Below are positions 10,349-17,279 of a stretch of 64,000 nucleotides of DNA, piece after piece. Position numbers and translations under genes: made by a program. Under the pieces are notes generated by a model that saw nothing but the letters and a program-made list of their open reading frames with translations, ran no database searches and was not told the origin of the DNA. The stretch comes from Escherichia coli (lineage in GTDB: Bacteria; Pseudomonadota; Gammaproteobacteria; Enterobacterales; Enterobacteriaceae), in assembly GCF_029227855.1 (NCBI RefSeq), contig NZ_CP074356.1. One strand, written 5' to 3'. Numbering within the stretch: the first letter of the stretch is position 1; each line of letters opens with the position of its first letter.

Positions 10349-10429
10349 CACAACCGGAAGCGCACGGTCGAATTAAATTTAACGACACCGTACAGTGAGA
10401 CGAACTTCGCCGTGCGCTTTCGTGTTGTG
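10349..10429 (-). other. long imperfect inverted repeat (predicted RNA stem) in the dicB-operon transcript upstream of dicF
   Basis: CACAACCGGAAGCGCACGG (10349-10367) pairs with CCGTGCGCTTTCGTGTTGTG (10410-10429) as 6+10 bp with an internal bulge. CGAA/TTCG extends the stem by a further 4 bp. Confidence 0.5.
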
Positions 10430-10482
10430 TGCCTGCTTTTAACCACGTCAGGCGAGGTGGTATCCTTAAAATCACCACAGTT

Positions 10483-11058
10483 TTAAGGATTCATTAAGCA
10501 ATGTCGCAACCACCAATAAATCCGCTTAAGAACATGAAAATTGATTACTGGTATAAAGCGCTTACAGTTGTTGGCGCTGCGTTGTTTGTCTTTAATGGAA
10601 CGTCTTTTTTTGACAGATATCCCGTTGTTCCATTGGGTTTTTTGTCCTCCGGCATCTTTTTTATTGGTTTGGGGGAGTGGATTAATCACCCTCTCAAAGT
10701 GAGATTTATTGGTCCTGGAGTTTGGACTCGTGGATATAATCGTTCTTCGTGCGCACTCGGTATCATCTTCGACATACTTGGTTGTTTCCTGATTGTTACA
10801 GGAGTCGTCAAGTTCTTCTGATGTAAAACCGCAAATGGGGCACGTAACGGGAATTTTGAAAAGCGTTTCTCCGGGTTCCAGAACAAAATTTTCTGCGGTC
10901 TGATTTTGCTTCTCATATTTGTGCTCCGCGTCATTGTGAGAGCACATTCTTATTCTGAGTGCCTGTTTAAACTCACTGAAGCTGAGAGCTTCTTCGCCTT
11001 CGGCAAGACCTTCGAAGTATTCTTCGTAAGCCTTTTCCATGATTGTGTCGAAATCCAT
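10483..11058 (-). CDS. YdfB/YdfC-like ORF, fused here. Only the first ~110 codons look protein-like; the 3-prime extension is doubtful.
   Basis: MDFDTIMEKAYEEYFEGLAEGEEALSFSEFKQ... (YdfB-like start) continues through ..HNDAEHKYEKQNQTAENFVLEPGETLFKIPVTCPICGFTSEE. The distal part is K/R/N-rich and overlaps a plus-strand ORF. Confidence 0.45.
   Translation of the reverse strand: MDFDTIMEKAYEEYFEGLAEGEEALSFSEFKQALRIRMCSHNDAEHKYEKQNQTAENFVLEPGETLFKIPVTCPICGFTSEELDDSCNNQETTKYVEDDTECARRTIISTSPNSRTNKSHFERVINPLPQTNKKDAGGQKTQWNNGISVKKRRSIKDKQRSANNCKRFIPVINFHVLKRIYWWLRHCLMNP
10501..10821 (+). CDS. hypothetical 106-aa protein with three predicted TM segments, antisense to the dicB operon
   Basis: Hydrophobic segments are YWYKALTVVGAALFVFNGTSFF, VVPLGFLSSGIFFIGLGEWI and CALGIIFDILGCFLIVTGVV. 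There is no strong SD, and the ORF overlaps the minus-strand ORF. Confidence 0.4.
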   Translation: MSQPPINPLKNMKIDYWYKALTVVGAALFVFNGTSFFDRYPVVPLGFLSSGIFFIGLGEWINHPLKVRFIGPGVWTRGYNRSSCALGIIFDILGCFLIVTGVVKFF

Positions 11059-11059
11059 A

Positions 11060-11215
11060 TCACTCACCTGAGTTTCTTTCCAGCCAGCGACGGGCACCAT
11101 TTTCGGTTTTAAACGTTTTGCTTTTGGTATATGTCATCGCGGTGAACGTACCGTCCTGGTTGGGGAACACGCCACATACCAGAGATTCGCTGTTGCCAAG
11201 ATCGATAGTATCCAT
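11060..11215 (-). CDS. ydfA: DUF1391 protein YdfA
   Basis: 51 aa, MDTIDLGNSESLVCGVFPNQDGTFTAMTYTKSKTFKTENGARRWLE.. Recalled YdfA. Confidence 0.85.
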   Translation of the reverse strand: MDTIDLGNSESLVCGVFPNQDGTFTAMTYTKSKTFKTENGARRWLERNSGE

Positions 11216-11295
11216 GCTGACCTCATTTCCCCTTAACGCCGGGGTCGCGGAACTGTTTGCTGAGAACACCGTGCGGTGTCTTGATGGAAAGTAAT

Positions 11296-11345
11296 TTAGA
11301 ATAACCTAACACGAGAGGCAAGTGTTTTTTGTTAGATTGATCTAA
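11296..11345. promoter_or_regulatory. two TTAG-N6-CTAA palindromic operators between dicA and ydfA (dicB-operon promoter region)
   Basis: Sites are TTAGaataacCTAA (11296-11309) and the perfect palindrome TTGTTAGATTGATCTAACAA (11329-11348). The same half-sites recur in the dicA-dicC intergenic region. Confidence 0.55.
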
Positions 11346-11383
11346 CAAAAAGAGTGGGCGCAACTAATCACTTGAAAAGAATG

Positions 11384-11791
11384 TTATTTTATTGATTTAT
11401 TTTTACGCGCTTTAAGCATTTCTTCGAAGAGTTTGTTGAAGTTTTCTACTCTTGCGCGCATTTCAGACAGCAAGGCTTCCTGCTCGGAAGATGGAAGAGC
11501 ATCGAATAATTCGATCAATTCTTTGTGGTTGGGAGTTAGCTCTGTTTCCACATGAAGTTCTTGTGCAGGCACTGGTGCCTTGTCTTCGTCACCAAACATT
11601 AGCCATGTAGGTGAGCACTTCAGAGCATCCGCTAAAGCAAACAATCGTTTTCCGACTGGCTGGGTTTCGTCTCTTTCCCATTGTGAAATTGTGACGTGAG
11701 CAACTCCAGCGAGGCGCGCAGCTTCTCGTTGTGTTAAGCGTAATTCTTTTCGTCGCGCCAGAACTCGCTGGCCTAGGGTTCTTGTATCCAT
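11384..11791 (-). CDS. dicA: DicA-like HTH (XRE family) repressor
   Basis: 135 aa. ..LTQREAARLAGVAHVTISQWERDETQPVGKRLFALADALKCSPTWLMFGDEDK... and the C-terminal MRARVENFNKLFEEMLKARK parallel recalled DicA. Confidence 0.85.
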   Translation of the reverse strand: MDTRTLGQRVLARRKELRLTQREAARLAGVAHVTISQWERDETQPVGKRLFALADALKCSPTWLMFGDEDKAPVPAQELHVETELTPNHKELIELFDALPSSEQEALLSEMRARVENFNKLFEEMLKARKNKSIK

Positions 11792-11793
11792 AG

Positions 11794-11856
11794 TTAGGTA
11801 ATTCTAATTTTTCTTGACTTAGGTATCCCGCGCACAATAATGTTAGAAAAGTCTAA
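11794..11856. promoter_or_regulatory. divergent dicA/dicC promoter-operator region
   Basis: TTAGgtaattCTAA lies at 11794-11807 and TGTTAGAAAAGTCTAACA at 11841-11858. A candidate dicC promoter TTGACT (11814-11819)-17 nt-ATAATG (11837-11842) overlaps the second operator. Confidence 0.5.
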
Positions 11857-11871
11857 CAAGAGGGGGCTTTG

Positions 11872-12099
11872 ATGCTTAAAGTTGACGCAATTACTTTTTT
11901 TGGCAGCAAAACAAAGCTTGCCAATGCCGCAGGAGTGAGACTGGCAAGTGTTGCTGCTTGGGGGATACTGGTTCCTGAAGGTCGCGCGATGCGTCTACAG
12001 GAGGCATCTGGCGGGGAGCTTCAGTATGATCCCAAAGTTTATGACGAATATCGTAAGACGAAGCGGGCGGGGCGGTTGAACAATGAAAATCACTCCTGA
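11872..12099 (+). CDS. dicC: DicC (Cro-like regulator)
   Basis: MLKVDAITFFGSKTKLANAAGVRLASVAAW...PEGRAMRLQEASGGELQYDPKVYDEYRKTKRAGRLNNENHS. Recalled DicC. SD AGGGGG lies 5 nt upstream. Confidence 0.85.
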   Translation: MLKVDAITFFGSKTKLANAAGVRLASVAAWGILVPEGRAMRLQEASGGELQYDPKVYDEYRKTKRAGRLNNENHS

Positions 12100-12604
12100 A
12101 CAGGCTCGTGAGGCTCTGGATGCCTGGATATGTCGACCAGGAATGACACAGGAGCAGGCGACGATATTAATCACTGAAGCATTCTGGGCTTTGAAAGAGC
12201 GCCCGAACATCGATGTTCAGCGTGTCACATATGAAGGTGGCGCGGTTGATCAGCGAGCGCTTAGCGTTAATCGAGTGAAGATATTCGAACGCTGGAAGGC
12301 TATCGACACCAGGGATAAGCGTGAAAAGTTCACAGCGCTAGTGCCTGCAATTATGGAGGCTATCCGGATTAGTGATTTCAGGTTGTATCGTGAGATCAGT
12401 GATGGAAAAAGTATTACGTACATGATCGCCGGGTTAAATAAAGAATATGGCGATGTGGTGGAATCCGGACTGCTTTTTGCAGATCCTGCCGTTGTAGATC
12501 GTGAAACTGACGAACTTATAGAAAAAGCAATTGCTTTCAAGCTTGCGTATCGACAGCAATACCAACAAAAAGCTGGATGGAATTATGAGTCTTCTTTTTG
12601 CTGA
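12083..12604 (+). CDS. CII-position protein, YdaT-like (family assignment tentative)
   Basis: 173-aa ORF directly after the cro analogue and overlapping its end. The family call rests on position and vague sequence recollection only. Confidence 0.4.
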   Translation: MKITPEQAREALDAWICRPGMTQEQATILITEAFWALKERPNIDVQRVTYEGGAVDQRALSVNRVKIFERWKAIDTRDKREKFTALVPAIMEAIRISDFRLYREISDGKSITYMIAGLNKEYGDVVESGLLFADPAVVDRETDELIEKAIAFKLAYRQQYQQKAGWNYESSFC

Positions 12605-13550
12605 ACGCCCACTGGTTATAAACACGCAGCTGGCAATGAAAATCGGCTTAAACGAAGCCATTGTTTTGCAACAACTGCACTACTGGTTGAGAGATACCAA
12701 CTCCGGTATGGAATGTGATGGTGTTCGCTGGATTTATAACACAACGGAACAATGGCTGGAACAGTTCCCATTCTGGTCAGAGTCAACGTTAAAGCGCGCG
12801 TTTGCAAGTCTGAAAACGCTGGGGCTTTTGCGTTGTGAAAAGCTCAATAAATCAAAGCGCGATATGACCAATTTCTACACGATCAACTATGGGAGCGAGC
12901 TTTTAGATGGTGGCAAATTGAACGAATCCATCGGTTCAAAATGCGCCGCTCCATCAGGTCAAAATGACACGATGGAAGAGGTCAAAATGAAACGCTCCAT
13001 TGGTTCAAAACGATCCAATGTCATCGGGTCAAAATGGCCTGATGATCTTACAGAGAATACAACAGAGATTACTACAGAGAATAAAAACACTTTTCGTCCG
13101 GAAGCTTCGCAACCGGACCCGCAGACGACTGAACAGGATTTTTTAACCCGGAACTCCGACGCGGTTGTGTTTAGTGCGAAAAAACGCCAGTGGGGTAGCA
13201 GGGAGGATTTGGCGTGTGCGCAGTGGATCTGGGGGCGGATCGTGGGTCTCTACGAACAGGCAGCCAGTGATGATGGCGAGATCATGCGACCAAAAGAGCC
13301 TAACTGGACTGCCTGGGCCAATGACGTGCGCACAATGCGGATGCTGGATGGCAGAAGCCACAGACAAATTTGCGAAATGTTTGGTCGGGTTCAGCGAGAT
13401 CCATTCTGGGTAAAAAACATCATGAGCCCGTCAAAGCTCCGCGAAAAATGGGACGAACTGGTCATCCGCCTGGGACGTTCACCTGTACAGCGTTGTGTTA
13501 ATCATATTTCTGAACCGGATACAGAAATTCCGCCTGGTTTCAGAGGATAA
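12585..13550 (+). CDS. replication initiator (lambda O-position; N-terminal winged-helix replisome-organiser type)
   Basis: MSLLFAERPLVINTQLAMKIGLNEAIVLQQLHYWLR... Contains an internal iteron array, as lambda O does. Position is after the cro/cII analogues. Confidence 0.6.
   Translation: MSLLFAERPLVINTQLAMKIGLNEAIVLQQLHYWLRDTNSGMECDGVRWIYNTTEQWLEQFPFWSESTLKRAFASLKTLGLLRCEKLNKSKRDMTNFYTINYGSELLDGGKLNESIGSKCAAPSGQNDTMEEVKMKRSIGSKRSNVIGSKWPDDLTENTTEITTENKNTFRPEASQPDPQTTEQDFLTRNSDAVVFSAKKRQWGSREDLACAQWIWGRIVGLYEQAASDDGEIMRPKEPNWTAWANDVRTMRMLDGRSHRQICEMFGRVQRDPFWVKNIMSPSKLREKWDELVIRLGRSPVQRCVNHISEPDTEIPPGFRG
12927..13036. repeat. five ~17-bp iterons spaced ~23 bp apart (putative ori) inside the initiator gene
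   Basis: The iterons are TCCATCGGTTCAAAATG (12927), TCCATCAGGTCAAAATG (12950), GAGGTCAAAATG (about 12977), TCCATTGGTTCAAAACG (12996) and GTCATCGGGTCAAAATG (13020). An A-rich ACAGAGA x3 stretch follows to about 13095. Confidence 0.65.
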
Positions 13551-13590
13551 GTGTTGATTTCAGGTCATGAGGTAATTTTAAGGGGGACTT

Positions 13591-14022
13591 GTGGCAAAAG
13601 TTTTTACACAAGAAGAGCGGGAAAAAATTAAAGGGCAGGTGGTGGAACTCGTGCGCCAGAGCGGTCGTGAGACGTTACGGCAACTGGAAGCTAAAACAGG
13701 TGCGACTAGATATCTGATGAGCGTTCTTGCCAGAGAGCTGGTAGCCAGTGGCGATGTATACAACTCCGGCTACGGGTTATTCCCGTCTGAACAGGCGCGT
13801 AAGGACTGGCAACACGCCCGCAAAAAACTCTCGAGGGCAAAGGTGAAGAAACCTGCTGTGGTTGATCCGGACCTTATCTGGTCATTACCTGACGGAGAAA
13901 TACGCCGCTACGACAGTCGCCTAAACATAATCTGTCGCGAGTGCCGGAAGACTGAAGTTATGCAGCGTATACTCGCATTCTATCAGGGAAATGTTCGATA
14001 TCTATTGAAGCGACGAGATTAA
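13591..14022 (+). CDS. hypothetical 143-aa protein in the lambda P position (no helicase-loader motifs recognised)
   Basis: GTG start with SD AGGGGG at 13581-13586. Basic and helical; CRECRK near the C-terminus. Confidence 0.5.
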   Translation: MAKVFTQEEREKIKGQVVELVRQSGRETLRQLEAKTGATRYLMSVLARELVASGDVYNSGYGLFPSEQARKDWQHARKKLSRAKVKKPAVVDPDLIWSLPDGEIRRYDSRLNIICRECRKTEVMQRILAFYQGNVRYLLKRRD

Positions 14023-14339
14023 AGAGCATTAGTTCAGATGTGAATTGACATTTTCGTGGCACAAGATTAGCGCTAGCGTGGTCGTTTGGTTTGTGCCAAG
14101 AGCGGATAATGCTGACATTCCTATGCACTAATTAACGCAGAGCAAGCCAGTTAGTTGGTTATGGAAGTAAGTTGTAGCCAGCAACTATCACCATCGGAGA
14201 TATTTAGGGGGATGCACTCTAAGTTGTAGTTACTTTATAATGTCACTTTCAAAGCGGAAGCTTGTACAAAAGATGGATAAGCTTTTGTATAGTATGGGAT
14301 TCAAGAATCACTAAAAGATGACAACAGTACTTACAGGAT

Positions 14340-14585
14340 GTGGCTATGATCCGAATTATGATTAGAATATTTTCTTTGACATTCGTTGCTTGCGCTGGCT
14401 TTGCTGCATATCACTTCAATAGTGTGCCATTGATGTTCACTTCTGGTAGCTTTCTTGTAACATTTTTAGGTACATTTATTGTTAATAAAAAAAGTTCAGG
14501 GCATACAATAATTCAAAAAAGCGGTAGCCATTCAAAAAATAATCATACGGTCGTTTTTGGAAATAATGAAAACAAGCGAGGCTGA
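14340..14585 (+). CDS. 81-aa two-TM peptide with a polar tail (candidate membrane effector module of the island operon)
   Basis: GTG start. TM1 is IRIFSLTFVACAGFAAYHF and TM2 is LMFTSGSFLVTFLGTFIV, followed by KKSSGHTIIQKSGSHSKNNHTVVFGNNENKRG. AT-rich codon usage. Confidence 0.55.
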   Translation: MAMIRIMIRIFSLTFVACAGFAAYHFNSVPLMFTSGSFLVTFLGTFIVNKKSSGHTIIQKSGSHSKNNHTVVFGNNENKRG

Positions 14586-14587
14586 TC

Positions 14588-15184
14588 ATGGTTGGTGTTA
14601 CTCAAAGGTCAGGGAATTACTCACGTAATGTGCAGGTGGTTGTCGATTCTAACTCTGTTGATATTATAAAGTCTCCATCGATTTTTATGGATCTTGTTGG
14701 TATTTTAGTTGATTCGAATGTTATTGATCCTCGTACAAACAATGACTACGAGCCATATGATATTGAGAATAAAATAGACTTCAATGATGTTATAAAACAT
14801 AGAGAACGTATTGAAGGGTTCTATCTATATTCTTCGATGATAGATAAAGCGTATGAAACATTAAATGAAAGTATGCCTACTGCTAAGGAAACGGCACTGA
14901 AAAGCATCAATTCACGATATCTTGATTGTCAAGGAGATTTATTGCTTAAACATAGAGAAGCGTATAAGAGCTGCAAGGATGCTCAGGAACGGAATAATTT
15001 AAAGATTCAATTGGTAAGAGAGTTTGCAGATTGGATAATAGACAGTGTAATAGAGCACATCATTAAGAAATGCTTAAATTCTCTTATGGCAATGAATTAC
15101 ACAAGCGAAGAAATCGAATGCCATGCTTCTTTTATCGTTTATCATGCATTCGTAGAGTGTAAGATTCTGGAAAAACCAATATGA
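14588..15184 (+). CDS. 198-aa predicted all-helical protein (candidate effector-adaptor component)
   Basis: ATG lies 2 nt after the upstream stop; SD GCGAGG. The N-terminus repeats the Q-[KR]-SG..S-[KR]-N..VV motif of the upstream tail. No enzymatic motif recognised. Confidence 0.6.
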   Translation: MVGVTQRSGNYSRNVQVVVDSNSVDIIKSPSIFMDLVGILVDSNVIDPRTNNDYEPYDIENKIDFNDVIKHRERIEGFYLYSSMIDKAYETLNESMPTAKETALKSINSRYLDCQGDLLLKHREAYKSCKDAQERNNLKIQLVREFADWIIDSVIEHIIKKCLNSLMAMNYTSEEIECHASFIVYHAFVECKILEKPI

Positions 15185-15417
15185 TTATCTCTGATGTAAC
15201 AAAACCAAGCCAAACCTTGTATTACCTGGGAGCTCGGTTATTAGAATGCATGAGTTCAAATGCTTATTCGTATGTTGATATTATAGACTTGTATAATGAA
15301 TTCAAATCTAAAAATAACAACTCTTCATTCACGCAATATATTTACACTTTAAATTGGCTATATTTATTAGGCCTGGTTGATGCTAACGAAAATGGAGATT
15401 TGATATTATGTTTTTGA
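15181..15417 (+). CDS. 78-aa small protein, winged-helix-like (candidate middle component)
   Basis: ATGA overlap with the upstream stop. The pattern ..YIYTLNWLYLLGLVDANENGDLILCF resembles a wHTH recognition helix plus wing. Confidence 0.55.
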   Translation: MIISDVTKPSQTLYYLGARLLECMSSNAYSYVDIIDLYNEFKSKNNNSSFTQYIYTLNWLYLLGLVDANENGDLILCF

Positions 15418-17132
15418 AACGGCTAATAGTCAGTTCTTTCAGGCTTGGAGTGATTCGTGATATCGAATTTCACATTGGCGTTAATTTGATTATTGACCGA
15501 AACACCTCCAGCAAAGAGCAAACTGGAAATGGTGTGGGAAAAACTACTGTATTAAGAGCTTTAGATTTTTGTTTTGGAGCAGAACAACTGAATTTTTATA
15601 CCGATCCTGAATTCAAGAAAGAAAATTCGGTTATAAAAAATTATTTGATAGAGAACGAGATTGAGTTTTGTTTAATTCTCACAAAAGATTTGAATAATAA
15701 AACTGCACCAGTAATAAAAATTAAGCGTAAAATTACATCTGAGACTAATAAAACGAAGGTTATAGCCTCAATAAATGAAGAGTCCTATACGAAGGCTAAA
15801 GATTTCAACGAGGCTTTAAAAAGAACATTATATCTTGATTCCGCGATAAAACCGACCATACGAGAGATTATGGGACGTGTTATTCGAAATACGCATGACA
15901 AGATGTCGAACGCATTAAAAACGATAAAAATGGGTTCTAATACACAATATGAAACGTTAAATCTGTTTATGTTTGGGTTCGGTAACTCACAGATTCTGGA
16001 TGAAAAACAGTCAGTGACTAAAGCCTATAAACTGGCGAAATCCGATTATGAAGTAATTACTCGCCATCGCTCAAAGAATGCTTTGGAACAAGCTATTGCA
16101 ATTATAAATAGAGATATTATAGCACAAGAAGAGTTAATTTCTAATTTTCAAGTGGCAGACTCTTATAATGATATGCTTGCTGAGTTAAATGAGTTAAAAA
16201 TTAAAATTAGTGAAGTTTCTATCACACTATCATCTTTGGAGTTTAAGCAAAAATTAAACGATAAGGCTATACTAGATCTGGAAAAAAGTCATGAAAATAT
16301 AAATACACTAGATCTACAGAAGTTGTACTTAGAAGCAACTGATCGGTTAGGTAACTTAAACAAAGAGTTTACTGAGCTACTTTCGTTTCATAATAAAATG
16401 CTTGTAAAAAAAGCTGAGTTTATTAGAAAACAAATGCAGCCAGTGCTGCAAGAAATTTCCAAATATAAAGATGAACTAAATAATTTATTGACTCAAGAAT
16501 CAGAGCTTTTAAAGAGTTTGTCTTCGCATGGGACATTGGCAGACCTGCAAATAATGCAAAAAAAATTAAATTCATTATTTGAAGAAAAAGGTGGGCTTGA
16601 AGCTGGACTACTTCAAATCCAAGAGATGGAGAACAACTTTAATATACTGAAAGCAAAGTTTAATGATGTGTCAGATAGATTAAAATCTAAACTTGACGAT
16701 TTTAACAAACGTCTTGCGCTATTCAATTCCTATTTTTCTTTATATACTAAAAAATTATATCAGGATGAATATATTCTTTCCTATAAAGATTCCTCCGGTT
16801 CTTTCGTTTTTACCATTGAACCTTTAGGAACTTTGCTCACATCAGGTAATCAGGGAGAAGGAAAAAAGAAAGCCCAGGTTGCCTCTTTAGATTTTGCCTA
16901 TTTATCTGTCCAGGAGTCTTTAGAAGCCAGAACACCACGTTTTATAGCTCATGATGGAATTGAGGCAATTCATGTAAATCAAATAAATAAGTTATTCGAG
17001 ATAGCTTCGGGGATTAATGGTCAATATATATTGGCTATTCTTAAAGACAAGTTGGAGAATATTGATCAAGACTTCATCAATAATAGTGTTGTGCTTGAGC
17101 TTGGGGAGGACGATAAGTTTTTTAGGCTTTAA
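15408..17132 (+). CDS. 574-aa ABC/SMC-like ATPase with a coiled-coil insert (ABC-3C / LmuB-like)
   Basis: 10-nt overlap with the upstream ORF. Walker A is GNGVGKTT (aa 40-47; nt 15525-15548). A heptad-rich helical region spans aa ~200-450. The C-terminus has SGNQGEGKK, a Walker-B-like PRFIAHDG and a downstream His. Confidence 0.75.
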   Translation: MFLKRLIVSSFRLGVIRDIEFHIGVNLIIDRNTSSKEQTGNGVGKTTVLRALDFCFGAEQLNFYTDPEFKKENSVIKNYLIENEIEFCLILTKDLNNKTAPVIKIKRKITSETNKTKVIASINEESYTKAKDFNEALKRTLYLDSAIKPTIREIMGRVIRNTHDKMSNALKTIKMGSNTQYETLNLFMFGFGNSQILDEKQSVTKAYKLAKSDYEVITRHRSKNALEQAIAIINRDIIAQEELISNFQVADSYNDMLAELNELKIKISEVSITLSSLEFKQKLNDKAILDLEKSHENINTLDLQKLYLEATDRLGNLNKEFTELLSFHNKMLVKKAEFIRKQMQPVLQEISKYKDELNNLLTQESELLKSLSSHGTLADLQIMQKKLNSLFEEKGGLEAGLLQIQEMENNFNILKAKFNDVSDRLKSKLDDFNKRLALFNSYFSLYTKKLYQDEYILSYKDSSGSFVFTIEPLGTLLTSGNQGEGKKKAQVASLDFAYLSVQESLEARTPRFIAHDGIEAIHVNQINKLFEIASGINGQYILAILKDKLENIDQDFINNSVVLELGEDDKFFRL

Positions 17133-17171
17133 GATTTGTAATTTGATAGATATGTAGATATCATTTTTCTC

Positions 17172-17198
17172 GCTCAAAACTGACAGTCAGATTTGAGC
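17172..17198 (+). terminator. stem-loop downstream of the island operon (no clear U-tract)
   Basis: GCTCAAAACTGAC-A-GTCAGATTTGAGC forms a 13-bp stem with one mismatch. Confidence 0.35.
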
Positions 17199-17279
17199 GA
17201 ATTGCTTATGTAAGTATTTCGCAGAATCATGCCATTTATATTTATTAGAACATACGTACTTTAAATGTGGGAGGCTGTC

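Noticed and set aside
10255-10478. Two overlapping ~62-aa minus-strand ORFs upstream of dicF (a possible ydfC)
   Set aside because: The YdfC-like sequence seems instead to lie further upstream in the 10483-11058 frame. These ORFs coincide with the long RNA stem and have odd R/G/S-rich composition.
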